Assembly: GCA_905178155.1 (NCBI GenBank)
Contig: CAJINV010000020.1
Span: 434,001 to 498,000 of the forward strand
Length of the DNA: 64,000 bases
Origin: Amoebophrya sp. A120
Taxonomy: Eukaryota > Protista > Dinoflagellata
Direction of reading: 5' to 3'
A program made the position numbers and the translations under genes. Position 1 is the stretch's first letter. Each line of letters begins with the position of its first letter. The notes below the pieces were generated by a model. That model was not told the origin of the DNA, did not search any database, and was given only the letters and a program-made list of their open reading frames with translations. This document shows, one piece after another, positions 12,811-24,817 of this stretch.

Positions 12811-14559
12811 ATGGAGTCGTCTTTTCTCAACAATGTGTACATTCTTTCGCCGAAACCGAGTTTCTTCGAGCTTTCGCAGGCGGAGCAGATTGGGCACGGG
12901 CTGCACGCGGCGCTGCAGCACGTGGTCCGGGTCCTTCGTGACCGGTGGGTCTTGTGGGCTGTCGAAAGCGGGGTCGACGACGTGTGGGAAGAATCGACGA
13001 GCAGCTATTCGAAGTTCTTTGGTTGGCTTCTTTCAAAGCTGGTGCAGCGTCCGCAACTCGCGGAGACCATCGGCAGTGGCGTGCTAGAAGCCTGGTTTTT
13101 GTCGCGTCGCAGCTCCTTCTTCGGCGAGCACTTTTGGGGACTGCAGATGGAGCTCGCACCACTACAGGTGGGTAGTACTAGGTCATCTACTTCTCACCGT
13201 CCGTCATTTCAGGACCTGGGTGGAACAAGCTGGAAACAAATAGCAAAAAATGCAGTGGCAAGCCTGCAGCAAAAAATCGAGGGCGCACAAGATCGGTGCT
13301 GTCGCTTCGTCCACCCAGCGGATGCCGATTTGTTTGAGGCCCGACAACGAGAACGCCACACTATTTCCGCCCGTTGGTCCCCCTTGGATGCGGTAGAGCT
13401 CGAGAAGCGGCGCCAGCGGTTTACCCTTTCCGCCCGGGCGCGAGTACTGTTCGTTTTTTTGCAGGTCGTGTGGCCGGTGCTGGAAGCGCGCTGTCGGCAG
13501 GTGGTGGATCACTGGAAGCGGGAGTTTCGCGAAGACTTTGCGCAACTGGAACAGAGTTTGCGGAGGTTCCTTTTGGAGCGAAGAGCTGCCAAAGCCACTT
13601 CTACACGAGATGACAAGCTGCAGGTTGATGCGCTAGAGAAAGCCTGGGAAGAGGCCGTGGGACCCCAACCTAGTACTACAGCAGAGCTACGGGGCGATGA
13701 ACCTCCTCAAGGAGTTCCGGCGGGTCAGCACCAACCGAGGAGCCCCTCTCTCGTTGCAGGAACGCAACCAGGCGCAAGAACTCTAACGCCGGCCGAAGAT
13801 CACAGCGCGGGTCGTGATCGGAGCTTGATCGAAGTTGTACCAGAAGGCGTATCTTCTTCGAGGGAACAAACGTATTATCCCCTACTCCGGCCTGAAAACC
13901 TGAGGATAATTCTCCGTTACAGTCTCTACCGACTCCTGCAGTCTTCTCTTTTCATCTGTCGAGCGGTCCAGCTCCTGTTTCGCTTCGGCTACCTGTTCCA
14001 GCGCTGTGAGAGCTGGAGCTTCTTCCTGTGGCTTTTTCGCTTGCAAATGGTGCGGAAGCAATTCGCAGCGGCTGAACAGCTAAGGCTGCAGACTGAAAAC
14101 GCCGCTAAGCTGTTAGACGCGACAGAAAGAACGGCCGCAACAGTGGTAGGCCAAGACAATAAGGGGGCTGATGGTAGAAATCGGAACTACTCAGAAGCTC
14201 TTCGGCAGACGCTCTTCGACAAGCTCCAGGCCACCCCGCAAGCGCTTTTCTGGGCGGGATTATACGGACTGCAGTTTTACCAGTGGTTTGGCTCCAGGGC
14301 TGAGGAGTTGCAGCCCGCCGCGGAAGCAGAAATTCCGCCGCCCCCGAAGCCGCCGGCGCGGCTGAAAATACCAATCTATCAAGACCCGCGGATCTGTTCG
14401 CTTTGTCGTAAGGGGCGGAAGAACCCCGCACACAGCGTGTCGGGATTCATTTTCTGCTACAAATGTTTGGCGGAGTTCGTGGGCAGGAAGGGTTTCTGCC
14501 CGGCCACGCATCGGCCAATGGAAATCGCAGACATCAGGCAAATGAAACTGGCGCAGTGA
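12811..14559 (+). CDS. PEX12: Peroxin 12 (peroxisomal RING-finger protein)
   Basis: N-terminal PSFFELSQAEQ...ALQHVV. C-terminal PPPP followed by degenerate RING CSLCRKGRKNP...SGFIFCYKC...FCPAT, typical of Pex12. Start uncertain. Confidence 0.85.
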   Translation: MESSFLNNVYILSPKPSFFELSQAEQIGHGLHAALQHVVRVLRDRWVLWAVESGVDDVWEESTSSYSKFFGWLLSKLVQRPQLAETIGSGVLEAWFLSRRSSFFGEHFWGLQMELAPLQVGSTRSSTSHRPSFQDLGGTSWKQIAKNAVASLQQKIEGAQDRCCRFVHPADADLFEARQRERHTISARWSPLDAVELEKRRQRFTLSARARVLFVFLQVVWPVLEARCRQVVDHWKREFREDFAQLEQSLRRFLLERRAAKATSTRDDKLQVDALEKAWEEAVGPQPSTTAELRGDEPPQGVPAGQHQPRSPSLVAGTQPGARTLTPAEDHSAGRDRSLIEVVPEGVSSSREQTYYPLLRPENLRIILRYSLYRLLQSSLFICRAVQLLFRFGYLFQRCESWSFFLWLFRLQMVRKQFAAAEQLRLQTENAAKLLDATERTAATVVGQDNKGADGRNRNYSEALRQTLFDKLQATPQALFWAGLYGLQFYQWFGSRAEELQPAAEAEIPPPPKPPARLKIPIYQDPRICSLCRKGRKNPAHSVSGFIFCYKCLAEFVGRKGFCPATHRPMEIADIRQMKLAQ

Positions 14560-14846
14560 AGATCGGTGACTTCATTGCTTTGTCTGTACATCCTTGTGGT
14601 CTACATCTACTTCTTCGCTGGTGTTGCAGTGGACATCAACTGCGGTGTTCGACAAGAGGCTGCGATCTGGCTTTTGCTATTCAACGGTATGTTCTAGTAC
14701 TGTATGTTCCTTCGTGTTCGTGCAATAAACATACATGCTGGGATCATGTTGCCGGTCAGCATCTTCCTGACAAAATTGGAAAATCTCGGCTACTACAATC
14801 TGAATGAAGTCTAGAAAGGCATCACGGCAGAAGCTAGGAAAGTACT

Positions 14847-16505
14847 ATGAATGAGTGGCAGCAACTACGACGATGTCTTCCGCGTTTACGTCAACAACAA
14901 CATCTTCGTTCGTCAGTCCTGTTGGAGGTGTGCCGAACGATGAGGAAGTGCTGTGCTCCGCCGTCCCGCTACCCGAACCTGTCGAAAGCTAGTACAAGAG
15001 CTTTTTCCACGAAGGAGCGCCTAGCCACGAGACAACCCGTGGGGGCGTCCTCTCTGTCGTTCAACGATTCATCCAGAAGCGGTTTCTACTACTACCGCTG
15101 CGTGTTTACAAAGACCACCGGTCCTCTCGGGACCACCGCAGCAAGAGGGGGAATCCCGTCGGGAATTCTTTTTCAACTGTCACGCGCCATGTCAGCGCTA
15201 TCTGTAGGAACAGCTCCCGGCGGTACTGCCGCTACGAATGTAGTTTCGTCCATTCAGAAACTCCCTGCCTCCAAGGCGCGAGCCCTCGCTGCGGTCGCAC
15301 AGATGACAACGACCTCGGATCACGAGCAAAATTTCCAGACGGCAGAAGCGCTCGTGAAACGCGCAAAGAAGGAAAATGCGTCCATGGTGTTTTTTCCCGA
15401 GGCGTTCGCGTTTCTCGGGAATCACTTCACGGAGACCGTCGCGCAGGCGGAGCCGATTTTTCCGGGCGATTTTTGCGATACTACAAGAACCGGCGCACGA
15501 AATGATAATAACGGCGACATCCCAGCACTCCCAGAGCCAGAGGATCTTTTTACGGATGGACCAGTAGCATCGTCAGCATCTACTTCAACCGGCAAAGCCC
15601 GGTCATCTTCCCTGCCAGACCGTCGCTGGCTTCCGAGATACCTGCAGTTGGCAAAAGAGCATGAAATTTGGATCAGTTTTGGTGGCTATCACGAGCAGGC
15701 GGCGACAGACGAGGAACGGGACGACGAAAAAGCGGCGGCGGCGGAGCAGGGAATTGTAGTAACTTCTGATGGTAAAAGCAAAACCGTCAGTGGTAGTTCT
15801 GACACTTCTCAGATTGTTCCTATCCGCGTGTTCAACTCTCACCTCATCGTGAACAGCGAGGGCAAGATCGTCGCGCGGTACCGCAAGATCCACTTGTTTG
15901 ATGTGAGCATTCCGAACGGTCCGGTATTGATGGAGTCGAGGTACACGCAACCCGGTAAATTTGAGAAAGACAACCTTCTTGTCGTCCCGTCCCCCGTGGG
16001 GAACCTCGGGTTGACGACCTGCTACGATTTGCGGTTTCCCGAGCTGTACACGGTTTTGCGGGAGGAACTAAACGCGGAAGTGATGCTCGTCCCGTCCGCC
16101 TTTACCGTCCCGACCGGCCAGGCGCACTGGCACGTGCTGTTGCGGGCCCGGGCGATCGAGACGCAGTGCTTCGTCCTGGCCGCAGCCCAGTGCGGAAAGC
16201 ACAACGAAAAGCGGGCATCGTACGGCCACGCGCTGGTGGTGAGTCCTTGGGGGGAAGTATTGGCGGATTGCGGAGGAGAACGAGAGAGAAAAGAAAATGA
16301 AAACGTTGAAAACAAGGAAACGAGCAACACAACGCTAGTTGTGCCTCCTGTGTCTGTTTTCGCTTTTGAGTCCAAACTTGCTCTTGTCGAGATTGATACA
16401 CACGAATGCGACAAAATACGCGAAAAAATACCCGTGTTCATACATCGAGACACCGCTGGGATTTATGCGCGACGTAAAGATATTTTTGAGCCAAGAAGCG
16501 CATAG
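14847..16505 (+). CDS. NIT1: Nitrilase-family deaminated glutathione amidase
   Basis: Catalytic triad motifs FPE, YRKIHLFD and CYDLRFPE. Nit1-type PSAFTVPTGQAHWHVLLRARAIETQC and SYGHALVVSPWG. Long basic N-terminal extension. Confidence 0.88.
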   Translation: MNEWQQLRRCLPRLRQQQHLRSSVLLEVCRTMRKCCAPPSRYPNLSKASTRAFSTKERLATRQPVGASSLSFNDSSRSGFYYYRCVFTKTTGPLGTTAARGGIPSGILFQLSRAMSALSVGTAPGGTAATNVVSSIQKLPASKARALAAVAQMTTTSDHEQNFQTAEALVKRAKKENASMVFFPEAFAFLGNHFTETVAQAEPIFPGDFCDTTRTGARNDNNGDIPALPEPEDLFTDGPVASSASTSTGKARSSSLPDRRWLPRYLQLAKEHEIWISFGGYHEQAATDEERDDEKAAAAEQGIVVTSDGKSKTVSGSSDTSQIVPIRVFNSHLIVNSEGKIVARYRKIHLFDVSIPNGPVLMESRYTQPGKFEKDNLLVVPSPVGNLGLTTCYDLRFPELYTVLREELNAEVMLVPSAFTVPTGQAHWHVLLRARAIETQCFVLAAAQCGKHNEKRASYGHALVVSPWGEVLADCGGERERKENENVENKETSNTTLVVPPVSVFAFESKLALVEIDTHECDKIREKIPVFIHRDTAGIYARRKDIFEPRSA

Positions 16506-17353
16506 TGCAATAAGTAGTAACGGCGTCCTGCGCCGGCGCCGGGGCCAGCATTACTTTCGCTTTAAGAAGCACAATCCTTCACGTAGCTGCCACGCGCTAC
16601 AGAACTACCTTTCGAAGCACTGCAGGAAAAAAAGAGACTCGGTGTTCGTCAGAAATCACCGAAAACAGAAAAGCAAAAGTTGTGAAGCAGGCTCCTCGGT
16701 TACCTCGTAGATATTCCTCTTGACAAAAAGTAAAAGAAAAAGATCGGTCCTGGTCGCACAACGAGATAATCAACGCCCTTACACGTACAAAAACTACAAA
16801 AGTGTTGACATCTGCTATCGGTCGAACCTCGTACACACAAAGAAAAAAATTCGTTCGGGGCCTCGTCCGGGGTGAAGCATCTAGTGAGAAACCACGCGTA
16901 ACACGGCAAAATTGACACAGTCATCACTTTAACGTCGGTCTGCGTTCTTCCGTACAATATTGAATCGTCCAATATCAAATTGGTGGGGTACTATGCCGTC
17001 CTATCGAGATTTAGAATGGGAGAAAGATTTAGCAACTTTAGTTTGTACGATTCTACAGTGCTTTTTCGTTGTTTCCAAACAAACAATTTCTGCAGGTTCC
17101 TCGTGTTTCCTTCGTAGTACAGCCATTTATGACAACAAAGTCTTCCTCACCCGAGGATGCTTAACACTACGCAAAAACCACATCGAAACACAAAAGTTAT
17201 AAGGCGGAACAAATTAAAACGATCTAGTTCCATTTATTCAGAATTCCAATCTACCACGACGCACTTCTAGTGGTATATTTCCCAAGCAGCACTTCAACCG
17301 ATCTATATCTACTACTATTGGACTAAAAAGATTTTTTCATAAATTAGTAAATT

Positions 17354-19722
17354 ATGGGTTGTGGCGCATCGAGTGCCGCAAAAACGGCGGCGGCCGGCGC
17401 TGCCTCCGACGGGCCGCAGGGCGGCAAACCGCAGAAGCAGGTCGGGCAGTTCGCGGCCGGGGATTTCGTGGGGGAGTCGAAGGGGAAAATCCACGATTTC
17501 TACGAGTTTGAGGAGAAGAAGCTCGGGCAGGGAACCTACGGGTCCGTGACCAAGGGCGTGCACAAGTCCACGAAGCAGATCCGGGCCGTGAAGTGCATCC
17601 CGAAGAGCACGATGAAGGGGAAGAAGAAGGGGAACGACGGCGAGATGCTGAACCGGGTGAAACAGGAGGTGGATTTAATGAAGAACTGCGACCACCCCAA
17701 CATCGTGAAACTGTTCGAGACCTTCGAGGACAGCCGAAATATCTACCTCTGCATGGAGCTCTGCCTCGGCGGCGAGCTCTTTGACCGCATCATCGCCTCG
17801 GGGCACTTCACGGAGCGGGAGTGCGCTTTGCTGATGCGACAAATCCTGGCCATCGTCCACTATTTACACGAGCAGGGCGTCATGCACCGCGACATCAAGC
17901 CGGAAAATTTCCTGCTCAAAGAGGACAACGCACCCATCGAGCAATCGACCGTGAAGATGATCGACTTCGGGCTCTCGGTGCGCTTCAAGCCCGGTGAGTT
18001 CAAGTCGACGAAAGCGGGCACGCCCTACTACGTGTCCCCCCAGGTCTTAGTCGGAAAATACGACCAGCTGTGCGACGTGTGGAGCTGCGGCGTGATCATG
18101 TACATCATGCTGTGCGGGTACCCGCCGTTTTACGGGGATAACGACGTGGACGTGCTCGCCCGCGTGCGCCTCGGCACCTTCACCTTCGTGCAGGCGGACT
18201 GGAAGAACGTCACTTCCGACGCGACAGAACTGATCACCAAGATGCTGAAAAAATCCCCCTCGGACCGGTTTACCGCCAGGCAGGCGCTTATGGATGCGTC
18301 AGGTTTGAAATCAACAAAGTTGAAATAACTTGTAATGCATAAAATCGATACCACTTGGAAGCCCAATTTCCAAGCTGTGCATGACAAATTTCGGCACCGT
18401 CTAAATCCAGTTTGTCATGCTGTTTAGGGACAGAAGGCATCTATTGTAATGCTACTTTAGCAGCTCTACCGCAGACCCCAAACAGGCTGACAGTCGGCCT
18501 CACTTGCCGCCCCTGCAAGAGAGGCACTCTGTGCCTTGCAATTTATGCATGAGAAATTGTTTGAACTTTGACGATTTCAATCCTGACAGTTCCATAGCCC
18601 TGGACCACATCTGGATCTCGCAGATGGCCCCGAAGTCCGCCTCGATCTTATCAACAGTAAAAATGTCTGGGTCTGGAAGAATCCAACTTGTCATGCTGAT
18701 TTTGGATTCTAAAAAAATCTGTATTGCATGAGCAGTAAAGAGAGTCCAAATTTTGCAGCACGGAAAGAGCATTTGCCATGCGGAATAGGCATCAGGAAGC
18801 CCTCTCAAAATCTGTGATGCTAGGGCATGCGTCACAGACTTGAGGAGTCATGCGAAATGTGCATGACAAACCCGGCACTCTTCCAGACCCAGACATTTTT
18901 ACATTTGATAGATCTCGCTGTCCGGCAACTTGGTGGGCCCGCTGACCGCCTTCCGAAACGGCAACAAGCTGAAGAAGGCCGCGCTCACCGTGATTGCGCA
19001 GCAAATGACCGACGACAGCACGAAGCAGCTGCGGGACTTGTTCCACCAACTCGACGCGGACAACGACGGAACTTTGACGATCGACGAGATCACCGAGGGC
19101 ATGGCCAAGGCGGGGCTGCAGGACAACAAGGAGCAACTGACGGAGCTCATCAAGCAGGTGGACAGCGACGGCAGCGGCAGAATCGACTACACCGAGTTTT
19201 TGGCCGCAACCATCGACAAGCGACACTACGCAAAGGAATCCGCATGCTACGCGGCGTTCAAGGTAAGTTTTTTTACCTAACGTTTAACAGTAATATGTAC
19301 ACTTTCTAGTGCGAATTCGATTTTTACGATTCCTATCGAGAGTTGGAATTTCTTCTTTACCTTGCATGATCCGATCTGGACGATGGTGGCACAAAAAGTG
19401 AAAATTCGAAATCATGAAGTTCAAGTTTGTGACGGGTCTTGTACTGAACAATCTATGCACAACAACTTTATGGAAGACTCAAAATTATAACCAACCACAG
19501 GTGTTCGACCAGGATGGCAATGGTTTTATCGACAAGCAGGAGCTGGCAAACGTGCTCGCGGACGGCGATCTGAGGTCAATGGTGTCACAGGAGATCGTCA
19601 CCGCAATTCTCGCGGACGCAGACGCTAACGGAGACGGGCAGATTGACTTTGAAGAGTTTATGGCCATGATGCAAAAAGACGAGGGCGGGGGCGGCGGACT
19701 CACCATCACACAGAGGAGGTGA
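17354..19722 (+). CDS. Calcium-dependent protein kinase (CDPK)
   Basis: MGCGAS acylation-type start, kinase domain (LGQGTYG, HRDIKPEN, DFG), junction KLKKAALTVIA and four EF hands. Exons 17354-18288, 18602-18648, 18916-19262, 19501-19722 (two IEs, GT-AG intron 19263-19500). Confidence 0.95.
18289..18596. mobile_element. Introner element, family B
   Basis: TIR tatggatgcgtcaggtttgaaatcaacaaagttgaaa. DR gcgct/gccct. Splice restores TARQAL|DHIWI. Confidence 0.92.
18649..18910. mobile_element. Introner element, family A
   Basis: TIR ...aaaaatgtctgggtctggaag. Perfect DR gatct. Confidence 0.92.
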
Positions 19723-22700
19723 GATGGTGTGAGGGAGCCACTAGGAATAATAGTAGAAGTACTTATGTTGACCGAGCAACTAAATCGTAGTCGTAAGATT
19801 GATATCAATCAAGTTTTTACAACATCAGCTTCTGCTTCACGGGCTTTGTTATAGAGAATTTCGGACTTATGCTGCTGATCCGTGCCGATTTGCGGCCTTG
19901 CGAAGACTGTTGCTTTGCAATGCAGCCCCGGTGCAGGAATGCGACGGAAATTTACAATTACGTTTTTTTGTTGGTCATCATTTGAAGTTATTGCACACAG
20001 TTTTCAAATCTATTACACTTATTTCACAATGACAACAGCAAACAGCTACAGCAAAGCTGCTTCTTCACGACTAGTTTACAGAAGGTAAAGGTATAGTTTA
20101 CAGTTCTTCTAGACCGGTAATCGTAGGACTAGGAGCTTCACAGCTGCCGAAACTAACAGGGGAGGAGTTTCGCATCGGACACAACTTTTAGAAGAACGGA
20201 CTAGAACTCCCCTTAAAATGAAAGTATTTGTACAATAAAAACCTAAAAATTTTGCACAGCTCACCACTTTTTTTTCTTCCCCCCAGTTAATGCACATTTT
20301 TCGAAAATGCTACATTTTTCTTTATTTTCTTTATCACGACGTCGAGACCAGTGCATTTGAAATTGACTCCTCTTGTCCTTCCATATTGCCGTTTTTGAAA
20401 TAACCGATCCACAAGGACCAGTTTGCGTTTTCTTACTTTACTTCTCCGTGGCTACTTACACGCGTTAGGGGTGGTGGCTCTGGCGGATTCAATGTACCAA
20501 GGCAAATCTACGCCTAGTGAGAGACACTCATTGTAGACAGCACGTGCTAGTAGTAATCGTGATACCGACGTCTGGGAGACTCTACTAGAGTGGAACAGCT
20601 GTGGCCCTTCCATACTTTTTTCCTGTAGTTGACAACTTTCAAAAAAGCAATCGTAGGCTCGAGGCGGAGATTTCTTTATGAAAATGCAAAAGAACAAGTA
20701 GATCTCGCATCGCACATGGATGTTTACAGGACTTTCTGAAATCAGTTTTATTTTTACCCCCGGCTTCTTCAACCTGATTCTGAATCTGATATATAATCTG
20801 TCAGAAACCTCCATTTCCTGGACGATGAAGGTCTATGGAGTCCCTCAATGCGGTATCATTGTTCAGAGCGTTGATGCGATCGGCGAGCTCCTCAATCCAC
20901 AGAGTGATGAAAATAGATCCAGCGTGCAAAGAAAGATTAGATCCAGAGCGAGACAGGAGCGAGAGGCACGCACTTCATCCACTGGTCCACTCTTCGCGAG
21001 AAGTTGCCTCGATCACACATAATGAATACCAAATGTCGGTGCGTTATGTCTCATATGTTCGTAAAAATATCAAATCCGGACCCTGCGGCGGCGCGCGGCC
21101 ATGGCCGCCGGGTAATTGGTTTCCGCTTTTTGGAAAATATCTTTTGCAACGCCACATTTGCAAGAACTAGGGCGCGCTTCACAGACACGCGATTGCTTTT
21201 GCTATTCCTATTTCTATGACTGCGCGAACGATTCGGGTTCGACTAAGCCCGCCCGCGCCTCTAGTTTACCGGCCCCCGCGTCGCCTACCCCCGGGGGACG
21301 GTGCTCAGCCCCCGCACGGCTTCTGCCTCCAGCGCATTCCTTGCTTGGGGCTTGCGCGCTCCCTCGCCTGCTGGGAATTAGATAGAAGCAAGCTTCCGGG
21401 CCTTTTCGATTTCCTTCTTCTTCGCAGGCAAAGAAGCCTACTGAAATTGGTTCGATTCGGGCGCGGAGTGTCTCCGGGGAGGGCCAGGAGCGCGCCCCGG
21501 GTAGAAGACCTTGGGCAGCGCTCTTCCCTGCCTAGGCACGTCTGGCGGCAGCTTGTGCGCCGGCTGCGGTCCTGGGCCTGGTCCTGGCGCTCAGGTGGAG
21601 AGAAGAGCGACGCAGAAGGCGCCAGCTGCCGCCGAATCGCCTGCGTTGCTTTTGGTTCTACATATGCTAAGGCATTTCCCCACGGTGGCAAGCTCGCGTC
21701 GGGCTATTTTCCGGGGTCGCAGCAAAAGCAATGCGCCGCAGCAAGGCAGCCCGGAACCGCTGCGGGGGCCTGTCATGCATGGTGGCATAGCTTCCAGGAA
21801 GCTGCTTGCGCGCCGGCCCTGCACAGAGAAGCCGTTTCGGCCGTGCCTGTAAATGTACCTACGGAGCCGAGCCAGCCTGCTGCCTGTGTGTCTGCTTCTA
21901 GATTCAGTTTCTCGCTTCCCTTCTCGTGACAAGCCGCGCGGCTTATTTCTTACTTTCGGAAAACGCTAGGACTAGGAGCCGTTGTCTCACTCCTAGTTTT
22001 TCTAATTTATTTCAACAAACCTCAGCGCGCTAGTGCTGGCGGTGAACGCCTAGAGCGCTCTTCCACCTTACAGCCCTGGCCCCCTTAAGTGCGGCCGTTC
22101 TCTAGTTATGTGGAATATTCCGCGCCGTTGTGCCCCCTCCACGGCGGCGCGAGATCCAGATAATACTGCTACTACAACTGCGAATGCTTTTACTATGGTA
22201 TGGCAGTGCTATGCATTTTACTGCTCCTACCACTTTTCATTAGTACTACAACTGCCTCCTACTACTACTGCCTCGCTATCGGGCGGTAACAGTGGCGCAG
22301 GATCCTGGTTTTGTCCCACTTTTCACCCATCCGGCCGGGCGGGTGAAAAGTGGGATGACCACTTTTCGTCCGAATTTGTTACCCCGCTCATATCAAATCC
22401 GGACCCTGCGGCGGCGCGCGGCCATGGCCGCCGGGTACTCTCAAATACATAATTAGCGGCCCATTCATAAGTCCAATACCATTTCACCTTTTGGCGCGCG
22501 GAACAACAAAACCTCATCGCGCGGAACAACACAACCGGAACAACACAACCTCATCGCAACGGTCGTTGGCGGAAGCGAACCGCCCCACAGTGTGGGGCGT
22601 TGAAAAGTACTTGAAGACGCAATAGCAGTACGGGTTTCTGTGGCAAGAAGGTAAGGACCCATACATTGCTTCAGAGGAAAGTCTGTCATGTGTGATCGTC

Positions 22701-24062
22701 TGCTCCCAAGAAGAACGCATGGAATGCTTTTTCTGCACTACTTAAGAACTAGAGCTACAACTTATTTACTTGAGCCTGAGCGGAGTTGCGTGCGGCTGGT
22801 CTAGATCGCGTCCCCACACCGGAAGGCGTGCGGCGCTTGGTGAAAGGCTGGTATCCCCCTGCAAAAGTGGGCGACGGGCAGTTTTCATAAGCGGGCCGCA
22901 TCTCTGCGTCGCGCACATAGAGAGATACTTACATATTGGACCATGTGTGGGGTGGCAGAGTGCAGCCCGTTCTCGGATAGAAAGCACCGTCGCCCCTTTT
23001 GCACTGCATAGACGCGTACTGCCGACAATTGAAAAACTTGGCGCCCCGGGCAGTGACATCGAGCGCCTAGAGGTACTTACTAAATCTGTCATGCTGTTTA
23101 AATTTATATGGACGGAGCTGGAGAACAAACTTCATAGACGAAAACAAAATCTGTGATGCTGAGACGTTGACCGCGATTACCGCCCAGACGTTCCGTTGCG
23201 CATGACAAATCTCTCTACCCGCCCGAATTCTCTCTAAGTACTTACTTACCCCTCCCCTCGTCGATGATAGAACACCACCAAAAACAAGAAAAGTCGCTTC
23301 AGAGTAATGAATAAGTAGGAGCTCACCACTCTCAGGAGGACTTCTTCGGGTATTGGGAAACGCCGGAGCTAGGTGAAGACGATGAGGGCGAGGAAGACGC
23401 TGGCGGAGATAGTAGCTCGGACGACGATGTAGATATGAGATTGCACAGGAAGACGCGGCGGCGGCGCGCGGCCATGGCCGCCGGGTAATTGGTTTCTGGT
23501 GGACAAATGCGCAGCCAGAAGGAGAAAATAGCAAGTCGTATGCATTTCCTGTTTTTCAAAAAAATTACAACTTCACTTTAAACCCTGCCCTTAACCTCCT
23601 CCGAAGCTCCAGATAAGACCACCCCCACGCCCGCCGCTCGTTAACAGTCGTATCGCAGGAGACACCGAGAGCACAGTAAGCACACCAGAAGACCTCCGAT
23701 CCGTAAGAGCAAGACCTGGATAAACACCATAACAGCCCGGAGTCCTTTTTTTCAAGTTTTTAACGTTTTCGACTACGAAGCCAGGTATAGATCCACGCCC
23801 CGCCAAAAGACCGAAGGAGGCATAGCTGCAGCACCGAGGCCTCGACCCGCCGCCCGAAGGCGGAGCACATCGACTCATGGTCGGAGGGCGTAGAAGACAG
23901 CGTGATGCAAAACTGCTGGAGACAACAACTCAGCACATGACACATCGCGAAATCCATGATGCAAACGATCAGCACACGATCTTCTTCACCCAGCCCCACG
24001 ATGTCGCTGCTCCACAACCTGTTCACAGCCAGCAACTCATCGATCTCCACGCATCCCCGATT

Positions 24063-24400
24063 TCAAACCCCTCCGAGCAGAGACGCTAGTACTTGCGGAG
24101 GCTTTAACGGAGGACTTGATCTTGAGGACAGGAAGGGCAGAACCGTTGCAACGCCCGCGGCGGACTTGTCGTGCGTGACAGCGTAGTTGTCGACAAAGTG
24201 GATGTGTATGAACTGCAAAAGCATCGCACTCGTATATTAAATCATGCATTACAAGTTTCCTCCGCATGAAAAATGAAATTTGTAATGCGGATTTGACTTA
24301 ACAAAAAGATTTGTAATGCATGACTGCAATACGAATACGATGCTTTTGCACAGGATAATGTGGTGGCCCAGGCCAAACTCCTCGTGCCGCTGCCCCGCGG
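24063..24400 (-). pseudogene. Orphan 3' gene fragment with IEs
   Basis: After removing IE 24207-24357 the minus strand reads AGQRHEEFGLGHHIHFVDNYAVTHDKSAAG... to a stop. Its upstream side ends in a truncated IE. Confidence 0.4.
24207..24357. mobile_element. Introner element, family F
   Basis: TIR tatgaactgcaaaagcatcg / cgatgcttttgcacaggata. Perfect DR atgtg. Confidence 0.88.
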
Positions 24401-24536
24401 TATGGAAGCGTCAGGACCGAAATCAACAAAATGGAAATAAGTAATTTGCGATGCATAAAATCGATACCAGTGGGAGCCTCAGTTCCGAGGTGGCGCATGA
24501 CAAATTTCGGAAGTAGCACTAAAATCCAGTCTGTCA
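24401..24536. mobile_element. Truncated introner element, family B
   Basis: Left TIR tatggaagcgtcagg and interior collinear with 18289-18418, ending abruptly at the GC-rich motif. Confidence 0.8.
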
Positions 24537-24817
24537 CCCTGCGGCGGCGCGCGGCCATGGCCGCCGGGTAATTGGTTCTGCTTCTGGTGGACGTTCCTGC
24601 AAAGCATTATTGAGTGCATCTGAACTACCTTCCTGTTGTCCGTAGTTTTTCCAGCAAATATTACGGTTTTTACAGCACTACTAGTGGAGTTTCTGTCGTC
24701 GTCCGTAATTAGAATTTATTTTCCTCATGCAGATGCAAGGAGAAGAGGAAGAACAAGAAGCAGTATACTGATAACGAAGTAGTTTTGCAAGTACAAGTAG
24801 CACACACTAAGAAGAAA

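Larger units (their letters stand above)
21068..24590 (+). repeat. Four direct copies of a 30-bp GC-rich motif gcggcggcgcgcggccatggccgccgggta
   Basis: Identical cores at 21085-21114, 22408-22437, 23458-23487 and 24541-24570. Each contains the perfect palindrome gcggccatggccgc. Confidence 0.9.

Noticed and set aside
21216-21932. 237-aa ORF and overlapping ORFs as a transposase or gag gene
   Set aside because: No recognisable catalytic or structural motif. Probably GC-rich chance ORFs.
21085-24570. CRISPR array or bacterial integron
   Set aside because: Spacers are over 1 kb, there is no cas or integrase gene, and the context is eukaryotic.
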